Shown here one piece after another: positions 1-10,620 of a DNA stretch of 64,000 nt (its first letter is position 1; every line of letters begins with the position of its first letter). The notes beneath the pieces are model-generated. The model saw only the letters and a list, made by a program, of their open reading frames with translations, searched no databases and had not been told where the DNA came from. The stretch spans positions 32,001 through 96,000 of the forward strand of contig CAWFDF010000009.1 in NCBI GenBank assembly GCA_963814585.1, written 5' to 3'. The translations under genes and the position numbers were made by a program. The stretch comes from an uncultured delta proteobacterium. Its GTDB lineage: Bacteria > Myxococcota > Myxococcia > Myxococcales > Anaeromyxobacteraceae.

Positions 1-3000
1 GGGGCTGGCCGAGGACGGGCTGGGCGCCGCCACCCGGGTCCTGCTGCAGCTCGCCTTCCTCGCCAACCAGGCCTGGGCCATGGCCCACGCCATCGTCATC
101 ACCGTGGTCCGGCTCGCCATCACGCGCCGCCGCCTGCTGGAGTGGGAGACCGCCGCCGCCAGCGCCGCGCGCGGTGCCGGCCTGACACCTGGGGCGGGCG
201 CCCGCTCGTTCCTGGTCGAGATGGCAGCGAGTCCCGTGATCGCGCTGGCCGGGGCGCTCCTGATCTCAGCCCTCCATCCGGGCGCCCTGCTGGTGGCGGC
301 TCCGGTGCTGACGCTCTGGGCGCTCGCTCCGCTCATCGCCTATCGCCTCTCCCAGCCGATGGCCGAGCGGAACCTCGAGCTCGGCCCCGAGGACCGGGAC
401 TTCCTCCTCGGCGTGGCCCGCGCGACCTGGACCTACTTCGAGGCCTTCATGGGGCCGGACGACCACTTCCTGCCCGCCGACAACGTCCAGGAGGCGCCCG
501 CCAGGGTCGCGCACCGGACCTCGCCCACCAACATCGGCATGGGGCTCCTCTCCACGCTGGCGGCCCACGACCTGGGTCTCATCCAGGTCGGCGAGCTCGC
601 CGAGCGGATCGACGCCACGCTGACCACGATGGAGGGCCTGGAGCGGATCGAGGGGCACCTGTTCAACTGGTACGACACGGTGAGCCTGGCGCCGCTCCCG
701 CCGCGGTACGTCTCGACCGTCGACAGCGGCAACCTGGCCGGCGCGCTCATCGCGGTCTCGGAAGGTCTTCGCCAGCTGGGGCGCGCGCGGATGTCGGGGG
801 TGACGGGATCCGCCAATCCGGTCGGGCGGCTGGAGGGGCTGTCGCGGCGGGCGGCTGCGTTCGCCGACGCCATGAGCTTCCGCTTCCTCTACGACCCGCA
901 GCGGAGCCTCCTCGCCATCGGATACCGGGCCGCCGACGCCGAGGGGCCGGGCCGGCTCGATCCGTCCCACTACGACCTGCTCGCCTCGGAGGCGCGCCTG
1001 GCCAGCTTCATCGCCATCGCCAAGGGCGACCTGCCCGAGAAGCACTGGTTCCACCTGGGACGGGCCGTCACCAGCGTTCACGGGAGCCCCACGCTCCTCT
1101 CGTGGAGCGCCACGCTCTTCGAGTACCTCATGCCGCTGCTGCTGATGCGCAGCTACCCCGACACGCTGCTCGACGAGAGCTGCCGGATGGCGGTGCGCCG
1201 CCAGCGGGACTACGGGCGGGAGCGCGGCGTGCCATGGGGCATCTCGGAGTCGGCCTACGACCTCGTCGATCACCTCGGCAACTACCAGTACAAGGCGTTC
1301 GGCGTCCCGGGGCTGGGCATGAAGCGGGGGCTGGGCGACGAGCTGGTGGTGGCGCCCTACGCGAGCGCGCTCGCCGCGCTCGTCCACCCGACCGGCGCGG
1401 CGGCCAACCTGCGCCGCCTCGCCGGCGACGGCCTGCTCGGCGCCTACGGCTACTTCGAGGCCGTCGACTACACGCCGCGGCGCACCGAGGAGGCCGGGAC
1501 GGACGCTCCGGCCCCCGGCCGCACCCCGGGCACGGTGGTGCGCAGCCTGGTTCGCCCACCACCAGGGGATGACCCTCACGGCCCTGGCCGGCGCCCTCAC
1601 CGGCCAGCGGATGGTGGAGCGCTTCCACTCCGACCCGCGCGTCCAGGCCACCGAGCTGCTCCTCCAGGAGCGCGTGCCGCGCCACGCGGCCATCATCCGG
1701 CCCCGCCCCGACGAGGACGTGCGCGCCGCCACGCCGGTCCCGGCCGCGGCATTCCGCCGCTTCCGCTCGCCGCACACCGCGTTCCCCCACGCCCAGTTCC
1801 TCTCGAACGGCCACTACACGGCGGTCGTCACCAACGCCGGCGGTGGCTCCAGCTCCTGCCGCGGGCGGGCCGTCACCCGCTGGCGGCAGGACCCGACCCG
1901 CGATCCAGGTGGCCAGTATCTCTACCTGCGCGACGTCCGGAGCGGACGGGTCTGGTCGGCGACGCACCAGCCCATCGGGCGGGACGCCAGCCGACGACAT
2001 GGTCCTGTTCACCATGGAGAAGGCCACCTTCCAGCGCCGGGACGACGACATCGGGACGCGCCTCGACGTGGCCGTCTCCCCCGAGGACGACGTCGAGGTG
2101 CGCCGGCTCGAGGTGACCAACCACGGCGACCGCATCCGCGAGCTGGAGGTCACCAGCTACGCCGAGATCGTCCTGGCCTCCAGCGCCGACGACCTCGCCC
2201 ACCCGGCCTTCGGCAAGCTCTTCGTGGAGTCCGAGTACCTCGCCGAGAGCAGCGCCCTGCTCTGCCGGCGGCGGCCGCGGGCTCCGGACGATGCCGAGGT
2301 GCTTCGCCGTGCACGTCATCGGCCAGGAGGGCCGGCCGCAGGGGCCGGTGGAGTGGGAGAGCGATCGCGGCCGGTTCCTCGGCCGGGGCCGCGGCCCCGA
2401 GAACCCGCAGGCGCTCGACGGGCGCCCGCTCTCGGGCACCACCGGGGTCCTGCTCGACCCCATCGTGAGCCTGCGGCAGCGCGTTCGGCTGGCGCCCGGG
2501 GGCGTGGTGCGCCTCTCCTTCGCCACCGGGATGGCCTCGAGCCGGGAGACGGCCCTGGCGCTGGCGCAGCGCTACCATGATCCGACGGCGACCGCTCGGA
2601 CCTTCGCGCTCGCCTTCGCCCACGCCCGGAGCCGGCTGCACCACCTCGGCATCACCGGCGAGGAGGCCCTGCTGTTCGAGCGGCTCGCCTCGCGCGTGCT
2701 CTACGCGGACGCCTCGCTGCGCTCGGGTCCGGAGCTGCTGGCGAGGAGCACGCTCGGCCAGGAGGGGCTCTGGGGACACGGCATCTCCGGCGATCTGCCG
2801 GTCCTGCTGCTGCGCGTCGACTCACGAGGCCGACCAGGGGCTGGTCCGGCAGGTCCTCACGGCGCAGGAGTACTGGCGGCTGAAGGGCCTGGCCGCCGAC
2901 GTGGTGATCCTGAACGAGCAGCCCGTCGGCTACCTGGACGAGGTGCACGCCCAGCTGGCGGCGCTCCTCGACGACGGGCCCTGGCGAGCCTGGAAGCATC

Positions 3001-5640
3001 GCCCCGGCGGCGCCTACCTGCTGCGCGGGGACCGGATGAGCGAGGCCGAGCGGATCCTCCTCTGCGGCGTGGCGCGGGCGGTCCTGGTCGGCAGCGGGGG
3101 CACCCTGGCGCAGCAGCTCGACCGACCCGAGCCGGTGACGCCGGAGCCGGCCTCCCTCCCGCTGGCGCCCTCCTCCGGGGCCAGCCAGGTGCCGGCGCCC
3201 GTCGGCCCGCCCGAGGCGCCGGCGCTGGCGCTCGCCAACGCGCTCGGCGGCTTCGCCGAGGGCGGGCGCGAGTACGTCATCGTCCTCGAGGGAGACCAGG
3301 AGACGCCGCTGCCCTGGGCCAACGTCATCGCCAGCCCCGCCTTCGGGACGGTCATCACGGCCTCGGGAGCGTCTTTCACCTGGTCGGAGAACAGCCGCGA
3401 GAACCGGCTCACGCCGTTCGCGAACGATCCGGTCTCCGATCCGACCTCGGAGGCCCTGCTGGTCCGCGATGACGACAGCGGCGAGGCCTGGTCGCCCACC
3501 CCGGGCCCGCTGGCCCGCGACCACCGGCAGCGGCCGGTCGGTGATCCGCCACGGGGCCGGCGTGACACGCTTCGAGCGCGCGGCCCGAGGGATCCGCCAC
3601 GCCCTCGACGTCTTCGTCGACGCGGTCGACCCGGTGAAGATCTCCGTGCTGACCCTGGCCAACGAGGGCGTCCTCGCGCGGCGTCTCTCCGTCTTCGCCT
3701 ACGCCGAGTGGGTCCTGGGACCGCCGCAAGTCGGCCAGAGCCAGCACGTCGTGACCGAGCAGGACGCGGCCACCGGCGCGGTCCTCGCCACCAACGCCTG
3801 GAGCCACGAGTTCGCCGGGCGCCTGGCCTTCCTCCATGCCAGCGAGGGCCTCCGCTCCGCCACCGGAGACCGCACCTCCTTCCTCGGCCGGAACGGATCG
3901 CTGGCCCGGCCGGCGGCGCTCGGGCACGGCGCGCTCTCCGGCCGCTTCGGCGCGGGGCTCGACCCCTGCGCGGCGCTCCAGGTCGGTGTCCTGCTCGAGC
4001 CCGGCGAGACCCGGCGCATCGTCTTCCTGCTCGGCGAAGGGCGTGACCTGGCCCACGTCCGCACCCTGATCGATCGGCACGGGAGCGCCGAGGCCGCGGC
4101 CACCGCGCTCGAGACCGTCCGGCGCGGCTGGGAGGAGACGCTCGGCGCCGTGCAGGTCCGGACCCCGGACGACTCCTTCGACGTCCTCATGAACCGCTGG
4201 CTCCTGTACCAGGACCTGGGCTGCCGGATGTGGGCCCGCACCGGCTACCACCAGCCGGGCGGTGCCTTCGGGTTCCGCGACCAGCTCCAGGACGCCATGG
4301 CGCTCTCCATGGCGCGACCGGCGCTGCTGCGCGAGCACCTCCTGCGGGCGGCCGCGCGGCAGTTCCGCGAGGGGGACGTGCAGCACTGGTGGCACCCGCC
4401 GAGCGGTCGGGGGACGCGCACGCGCTGCTCGGACGACCTGCTCTGGTTGCCCTACGCCGTGGCCCACTACGTGCTGACCTCGGGCGACGTCGCCGTGCTC
4501 GACGAGCCCGTCCCGTTCCTCGAGGCCGAGCCGCTGCCTCCGGACGTCCAGGACGCCTACTCCCAGCCCCGCGCCTCGACCGAGGCCGCCACGCTGTACG
4601 AGCACGCCGTGCGCGCCCTCGACCGGGGGATCACCTCCGGCGCTCACGGCCTGCCGCTGATGGGGAGCGGGGACTGGAACGACGGGATGAACCGGGTCGG
4701 GCGGGAGGGACGCGGCGAGAGCTGCTGGCTCGGCTTCTTCCTCCACGCCGTCCTCACCGGCTTCGCCCCGCTGTGCCTGGCGCGGGGCGAGGCCCCTCGG
4801 GCCGCTCGCTACCGGGCCGAGGCGCTCCGGCTGGAGGCCGCGCTGGGGCGGACCTGGGACGGCGAGTGGTACCGGCGTGGCTACTACGACGACGGCTCGC
4901 CGCTCGGCGCGGCGCAGGAGGACGAGTGCAGCATCGACTCGATAGCCCAGTCCTGGGCGGTGCTCTCGGGCGTGGCCCCGCCACGGCTGGCCGAGCGGGC
5001 CATGGACTCGGTCCGGACCCACCTGGTCCGGCGAGGAGCGCAGGTGGTCCTGCTGCTCACGCCGCCCTTCGACCGCTCGTCGCAGGCTCCCGGGTACATC
5101 AAGGGCTATCCGCCCGGGGTGCGCGAGAACGGCGGGCAGTACACCCACGCCGCCGCCTGGATCGTCATGGCGCTGGCCCGGATGGGAAGCGGCGACGAGG
5201 CGGCCGAGCTGTTCCACATGCTGAATCCGGTCAACCACACGCGCACCGGCCCGGACCTGGCCCGCTACCAGGGCGAGCCCTACGCCGTGGCCGGCGACGT
5301 CAGCGCCCACCCCGAGCACGTCGGACGCGCCGGGTGGACCTGGTACACGGGGTCGGCCGGCTGGCTCTACCGCGCCGGGCTCGAGAGCATGCTCGGGCTG
5401 CGGCGCCGCGGCGGGACGTTCGAGCTGGATCCGTGCATCCCCGCCTCCTGGCCCGAGTACTCGATCAGCTGGCGCCTCGGCCGGACCAGGTACGAGATCC
5501 AGGTCGTCAACCCCGAGCGCCGGTGCCGCGGCGTCGAATCCGCCCACCTGGACGGTGTCGCGGTCGATCCCTTCGCCATCCCGCTCGTCGACGACGGTGC
5601 CACCCATGTGCTGCGGGCCGTGCTGGGACAGCCCCCCTAG
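1..5640 (+). CDS. ndvB: Cyclic beta-1,2-glucan synthase (Cgs/NdvB-like) with glucoamylase-like and C-terminal GH94 phosphorylase domains; 5'-partial, about 5 apparent frameshifts
   Basis: Motifs [129 protein letters not shown] lie in successive frames (shifts near 1549, 1988, 2300, 2822, 3519). Confidence 0.88.
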
Positions 5641-5647
5641 TGCCGCG

Positions 5648-6061
5648 CTAGCCCAGCGCCACCGCGCACCGGAGGAGCAGGGCCAGCAGCTGCCGCCGCT
5701 CCTCCTCGGCGAGGTCGGCCAGCATCCGCCGCTCGACCCGGGCCACCTGGTCGTGGCAGGAGGCGACCAGCCTGGTCCCCTTGCCGGTCAATGCCGCAGG
5801 CAGGATCCGCCCGTGGGACGGGTGCGGGTGCCTGGCCACCAGCCCCATCGCCTCCAGGTTCCCCACGATGCGGACCATGGTCTGCGGCGTGACGAAGGCG
5901 CGGCGCGCCAGCTCGGCGCTGGAGATCCCGGGCTCCCGCTCCAGCGCCGAGAGCACCGCGTACTGCGGCCCGGTCAGCCCCCGCGGCCCCAGCGCCTCGT
6001 CCAGCCGGGCGCGGAGGGCCGCCTGCACCCGCCTCAGCATGTAGCCGATCCGATCGTCCAC
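5648..6061 (-). CDS. MarR-family transcriptional regulator
   Basis: 137 aa, winged-HTH pattern GLTGPQYAVL...SAELARRAFVTPQTM...LEAMGLVAR...LTGKG. Confidence 0.9.
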   Translation of the reverse strand: MDDRIGYMLRRVQAALRARLDEALGPRGLTGPQYAVLSALEREPGISSAELARRAFVTPQTMVRIVGNLEAMGLVARHPHPSHGRILPAALTGKGTRLVASCHDQVARVERRMLADLAEEERRQLLALLLRCAVALG

Positions 6062-6077
6062 GCGATCCTCGCTTCTC

Positions 6078-6113
6078 GTCAGGGTGCTGATATCCGTAGC
6101 AGCTTGCTGATAC
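6078..6113. promoter_or_regulatory. Putative MarR operator (two tandem imperfect inverted repeats)
   Basis: On the - strand, GTATCAGCAAGCTGCTAC and ATATCAGCACCCTGA lie directly upstream of the marR start. Confidence 0.5.
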
Positions 6114-6317
6114 TAGCGCGACAGCCGCTCCGATATCGCCTGGATCCGGTTGACCGAGATGACCCCTATGGGGGCCACCGGCCCGATCGGGCGCCCGGTC
6201 CTCGACTTCCCGGGACGGATCGACTAGATCCTCCACTCGCTCCCCGTCAGGGAGTCCACGCAACACCGCGTCGGCACGCAGCCGCGCGTTCACAGACAGA
6301 AAAGAGCACGACAGCAC

Positions 6318-6524
6318 ATGGCTACCGGTACCGTGAAGTGGTTCAACGACGCGAAGGGCTTTGGGTTCATCACGCAGGACAGCGGTGGCGAGGACGTCTT
6401 CTGCCACCACACGGCCATCCAGGCCGACGGGTTCCGCTCGCTGGCCGAGGGCCAGAAGGTGGAGTTCGACGTGACCAAGGGCCCGAAGGGCCTGCAGGCG
6501 GCGAACGTTCGCCCGGTCGCCTAG
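6318..6524 (+). CDS. cspA: Cold-shock protein (CspA family)
   Basis: [18 protein letters not shown]...DVFCHHTAI...[11 protein letters not shown]. Confidence 0.97.
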   Translation: MATGTVKWFNDAKGFGFITQDSGGEDVFCHHTAIQADGFRSLAEGQKVEFDVTKGPKGLQAANVRPVA

Positions 6525-6554
6525 TCGCGTCCGTCGCGAATCCTTCGCGGCATT

Positions 6555-6592
6555 GAAAGCCCGGCCCTCCTGGGGTCGGGCTTTCTCATTTC
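6555..6592 (+). terminator. Intrinsic terminator after csp
   Basis: GAAAGCCCGGCCC-loop-GGGTCGGGCTTTC followed by TCATTT. Confidence 0.85.
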
Positions 6593-6616
6593 ACGGGCTG
6601 GGCCTGGAGGATCCCG

Positions 6617-7231
6617 ATGAGTGACTTCGATGCGCACGCCGCCACCTGGGACGACGACCCGTCCAAGCTGGACCGCGCCCGCGCCGTGGCCGAGGCCATC
6701 CGCGCGGCCGTGCCGGTGACGCCGCGGACGACCGTGCTGGAGTACGGCTGCGGCACCGGCCTGCTCGGGCTCGCGCTGGCCCCGCACGTGGCCCGCATCA
6801 CGCTGGCCGACTCGTCGGACGGCATGCTGGAGGTGCTGCGGCGCAAGCTCGACGGCGGCGCGGCCGCCAACGCCACGGCGCTCCGGCTCGACCTCGACCG
6901 GGATCCCCTCCCGGCCGACCGCTTCGACCTGGCCTGCTCGCTCCTCGCGCTGCACCACGTGCACGACCTCGACCGGGTGCTCCGCGGGCTGCGCGCCGCG
7001 CTCACCGAGGGGGGCACGCTCTGCGTCGCCGACCTCGACGCCGAGGACGGCTCCTTCCACGGCCATGGCGCCCAGGTCCACCGCGGCTTCGATCGCGGCG
7101 CGCTGGCCGACCGCCTGCGTGCCGCCGGCTTCGCCCGGCCGGACTTCACCACCGTCCACGAGATCGAGCGGAGGGCCGGCGACACCACCCGGCGCTACGG
7201 CGTCTTCCTGGCGGTGGCCCGGGCGGCCTGA
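6617..7231 (+). CDS. Class I SAM-dependent methyltransferase
   Basis: VLEYGCGTG motif I, ADSSDGML, LALHHV; GGAGG RBS. Confidence 0.9.
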   Translation: MSDFDAHAATWDDDPSKLDRARAVAEAIRAAVPVTPRTTVLEYGCGTGLLGLALAPHVARITLADSSDGMLEVLRRKLDGGAAANATALRLDLDRDPLPADRFDLACSLLALHHVHDLDRVLRGLRAALTEGGTLCVADLDAEDGSFHGHGAQVHRGFDRGALADRLRAAGFARPDFTTVHEIERRAGDTTRRYGVFLAVARAA

Positions 7232-7306
7232 GCGGGCGCCGCGGGGAGGGAGGCCCGGGAAGGGCCTCCATTGTGCTCCGGCCCCGCCTCGGCTACTCAT
7301 CCCCCC

Positions 7307-8128
7307 ATGTCCACGCCGGATTCCGACCTCGTCACCGCCGCCAAGGCCGGCGATCGCCAGGCCCTCGAGGCGCTGCTGGGCCGCCACCAGGCGCGCGTCT
7401 ACCGCTTCGGCAAGAAGATGTGCCGGGACGACGAGGACGCCGCCGACGTGCTGCAGGAGACGCTGCTGGCCGCGGCCCGCACGCTGCCCGAGTTCCGCGA
7501 GGCCTCGTCGGTCTCGACCTGGCTCTACACCATCGCCCGCAGCTTCTGCATCAAGAAGCGCCGCACCAGCAAGTTCGCGCCGGCCGCCGTGGAGTCGCTC
7601 GACCAGGACGCCGAGCGGACCGCCGCGGTCGCCGATCCGGGCCGCACGCCCGAGGAGGAGGCCTCCGGGCGGCAGCTGCAGGCGGCGCTCGACGGCGCCA
7701 TCGACGCCCTCGAGCCGATGTACCGCGAGGTGCTGGTGCTGCGGGACGTGGAGGGGCTCCCCGCCGCCGACGTGGCCGAGGCGCTGGGCATCACCGTCGA
7801 GGCGGTGAAGAGCCGCCTGCACCGGGCCCGCATGGCGGTGCGCGAGCGGGTGGCGCCGGCGCTCGGCCTGGCGGCCGACGGGACGCCCGCCACCGGCTGC
7901 CGCGACGTGGTCGAGCTCTTCTCGCGGCGCATGGAGGGCGAGATCGACGGCGCCTCCTGCGCCGAGCTGGAGCAGCACCTGCAGGGCTGCCCGGTCTGCC
8001 GCGGCCGCTGCGACTCGCTCCGCTCCACGCTGGCCCTCTGCCGGCGCGCCGGCGAGGCGCCGGTGCCGGTCGCGGTGGAGCGATCGGTGCGGGCGGCGCT
8101 GCAGCAGTTCCTCAGCCTGCGAACTTGA
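7307..8128 (+). CDS. ECF sigma factor with fused C-terminal zf-HC2 (ZAS) domain
   Basis: Sigma2 DAADVLQET...STWLYTIA; sigma4 REVLVLRDVEG...VKSRLHRAR; C-terminal CRDVVELFS...DGE...HLQGCPVC. Confidence 0.9.
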   Translation: MSTPDSDLVTAAKAGDRQALEALLGRHQARVYRFGKKMCRDDEDAADVLQETLLAAARTLPEFREASSVSTWLYTIARSFCIKKRRTSKFAPAAVESLDQDAERTAAVADPGRTPEEEASGRQLQAALDGAIDALEPMYREVLVLRDVEGLPAADVAEALGITVEAVKSRLHRARMAVRERVAPALGLAADGTPATGCRDVVELFSRRMEGEIDGASCAELEQHLQGCPVCRGRCDSLRSTLALCRRAGEAPVPVAVERSVRAALQQFLSLRT

Positions 8129-8167
8129 CGGCGCCACGCACCTGGCGCGGCGCCGGCGCGCCGCTCC

Positions 8168-8998
8168 CTACGCCTTGGAGGCGAGCCAGCCGGTGATGGC
8201 CTTCAGGACCTCGGCCTTCTCCGGCTCGTTGTGCAGCTCGTGGAAGGCCCCGGGCCAGGTCCGGAAGGCGACGCCGGCGCCGGCGGCCCGGGCGAAGCGC
8301 TGGCTGGCGGCGTGGGAGGTGATCTGGTCGGAGTCGCCGTGCATGAGCAGCAGCGGCACGGAGAGCTCGCCGGCGTGGGCCAGCGCCCACTGCCCGGCGT
8401 CGAGGACGGCGACGAGCAGGCGGGGGGTGATCTTCCCCTTGACGCACGGGTCGGCCTGGTAGGCCTTCACCACCGCGGCGTCGCGCGAGATGCCGCCGGG
8501 GTCCATGCCGGTGGGGAGGGCCAGGGCGAGGGGGAGCGCGGCGGCCACCCGCGCGGCGGCCAGCTGCCAGCCCGGCGCCCGCACCGCCAGCTCCAGCCAC
8601 GGGCTGGTGGCGATGGCGCCCGCCAGCTTCGGCTTCTGGCGCAGCAGGAAGTTGATCACCTCGTTGCCGCCCATGGAGTGGCCGTAGAGGAAGCGCGGCA
8701 GGCCTGGGTGGCGCGCCGTGGCCAGGTCGAGGAAGGCGCCGAGGTCGTCCATGAGCTGCTGGTACCGCTCGACCCAGGCCCAGGTGCCTCCCGACCGGCC
8801 CTGCCCACGCGCGTCGTAGCTGCAGAGGACGAAGCCGGCGGCCGCCAGCGCATCGCCGACGTGAAGGTACCGGCCACCGTGGTCGTCGAAGCCGTGGACC
8901 AGCACCACCAGCCCGCGCTTCGACCCCAGCGGCACCCACTCCCTGGCCTGCATGTCGAGCCCGTCGCCGCTCCTCCACCGCCACTCGGTCGCCACCAC
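8168..8998 (-). CDS. Alpha/beta hydrolase, lysophospholipase/monoacylglycerol lipase family
   Basis: LVHGFDDH, YDARGQGRS, GHSMGG nucleophile, HGDSD, FHELHNE; AAGGAGG RBS before GTG 8998. Confidence 0.88.
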   Translation of the reverse strand: MVATEWRWRSGDGLDMQAREWVPLGSKRGLVVLVHGFDDHGGRYLHVGDALAAAGFVLCSYDARGQGRSGGTWAWVERYQQLMDDLGAFLDLATARHPGLPRFLYGHSMGGNEVINFLLRQKPKLAGAIATSPWLELAVRAPGWQLAAARVAAALPLALALPTGMDPGGISRDAAVVKAYQADPCVKGKITPRLLVAVLDAGQWALAHAGELSVPLLLMHGDSDQITSHAASQRFARAAGAGVAFRTWPGAFHELHNEPEKAEVLKAITGWLASKA

Positions 8999-9167
8999 GT
9001 GCGCCTCCTTGGTCCCGGCCCCGGCCCAGCCCCCGGGGAGCGGCCGGAGCGAGCAGAGCCTACCGGGCCCGTCCCCGCAAGCGTCCATCCGGGCGGCTCG
9101 TGCCCCGGGCCACGGGGGCGCCGGGCGGGATCGTGCCGGCGCCGCCGCCAGGGTAGACTCCCGCGCC

Positions 9168-9326
9168 GTGAAGATCCCCAGCGCCCTCCGCATCGACGCC
9201 GAGCTGCCACCCTCCGGCCTGGCGCGCTGGGCCACCATCGCCGGCATGCTGTTCGGGGGGCTGGTGGCGGTCCTGGTGGTGGTCTTCTTCGTGGTGGTGG
9301 TCGCCGAGGGCCTGGCCTCGCGGTAG
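9168..9326 (+). CDS. Small single-pass membrane protein (52 aa)
   Basis: Hydrophobic run IAGMLFGGLVAVLVVVFFVVVVA, GC-rich third positions, TAGACT -10 box 8 nt upstream. Confidence 0.55.
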   Translation: MKIPSALRIDAELPPSGLARWATIAGMLFGGLVAVLVVVFFVVVVAEGLASR

Positions 9327-9392
9327 CGGCCCCGCCGGCCTCGCACCCTGCTCCTCTTGCCCTCCCGGTGTGGCTCTGGTCTGCTTTTCGCC

Positions 9393-10547
9393 ATGTCCAG
9401 CGCCGTCGCCTTCGAGCCGTTCAGCGAGGAGCACCAGGCCTTCCGCCGCACCGTCCGCGAGTTCGCCGAGAAGGAGCTGGCGCCGCACGCCCGCGAGTGG
9501 GACGAGGCCGGCGAGTTCCCGCGCTCGCTCTTCCGCCGGTTCGGCGAGCTCGGCCTCCTCGGCATCCGCCACGACCCGGCCTGGGGCGGCTCCGGCCTCG
9601 ACTACTGGTACGTGGTGGCCTACGCCGAGGAGCTGGTGCGCGCCAGGAACGGCGGCCTCGGCACCGCCATGCTGGTGCAGGGCGAGATGGCCACCCCCAT
9701 CATCGGCGACCTCGGCAGCGACGAGCAGAAGCGGGAGTTCCTGGCCCCGGCGCTCTCGGGCGAGAAGGTCGCGGCGCTGGCCATCTCCGAGCCCAACGCC
9801 GGGTCGGACGTGGCCTCGATCACCACCTCGGCCCGGCACGACGGCGACGACCTGGTCATCAACGGCTCGAAGATGTGGATCTCCAACGGCGCCCGCGCCG
9901 ACTTCCTCACCCTGGCGGTGCGGACCGGCGAGCCGGGCTACGGCGGGATCTCGCTCTGCACCTTCCCCACCGACGTGCCGGGGTTCTCGGTCTCCAGGAA
10001 GCTGGAGAAGGTGGGCAACCTCTCCTCCGACACCGCCATCCTCTACTTCGACGACTGCCGCATCCCGGCCCGCTACCTGCTCGGCGAGGAGCACCAGGGG
10101 TTCCTGCAGATCATGACCGGCTTCCAGGGCGAGCGGCTGGTGGCGGCGCTGACCGCGGTCGCCGGCGCCCAGCTCATGCTCGACGGGGCCATGGCCTACG
10201 GGCAGGAGCGCACCGCCTTCGGGCGGCCCATCGCCAGCTTCCAGGTCTGGCGCCACAAGTTCGCCGAGCACCTGGCCGCGGTCGAGGCGGCGCGGTGGCT
10301 CACCTACCGGGCCGCCGACCTGTTCAACCGCAAGCAGCTGGCGGTGAAGGAGATCTCCATGGCCAAGCTGGTGGCCTGCGACCTGGTGCAGGAGGTGGCC
10401 TATGACTGCATGCAGTTCCACGGCGGCATGGGCTACGTGGTCGAGAGCGACATCGCCCGGGCCTGGCGCGACGTGCGGGCGCTCCCCATCGCCGGGGGCA
10501 CCGCCGAGATCATGAAGGAGATCATCTCCAAGCTGGTCGGACTCTAG
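9393..10547 (+). CDS. Acyl-CoA dehydrogenase
   Basis: ISEPNAGSDV, NGSKMWISNG, RTAFGRPI, QFHGGMGY, IAGGTAEIMK. Confidence 0.95.
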   Translation: MSSAVAFEPFSEEHQAFRRTVREFAEKELAPHAREWDEAGEFPRSLFRRFGELGLLGIRHDPAWGGSGLDYWYVVAYAEELVRARNGGLGTAMLVQGEMATPIIGDLGSDEQKREFLAPALSGEKVAALAISEPNAGSDVASITTSARHDGDDLVINGSKMWISNGARADFLTLAVRTGEPGYGGISLCTFPTDVPGFSVSRKLEKVGNLSSDTAILYFDDCRIPARYLLGEEHQGFLQIMTGFQGERLVAALTAVAGAQLMLDGAMAYGQERTAFGRPIASFQVWRHKFAEHLAAVEAARWLTYRAADLFNRKQLAVKEISMAKLVACDLVQEVAYDCMQFHGGMGYVVESDIARAWRDVRALPIAGGTAEIMKEIISKLVGL

Positions 10548-10620
10548 TGGCAGGCGCGCTCGAGCTCCGCGGCGCGGCGCCGCCCGCCCCGATGACGCTC
10601 GGCGGGGAGCGGCGCCGCAC

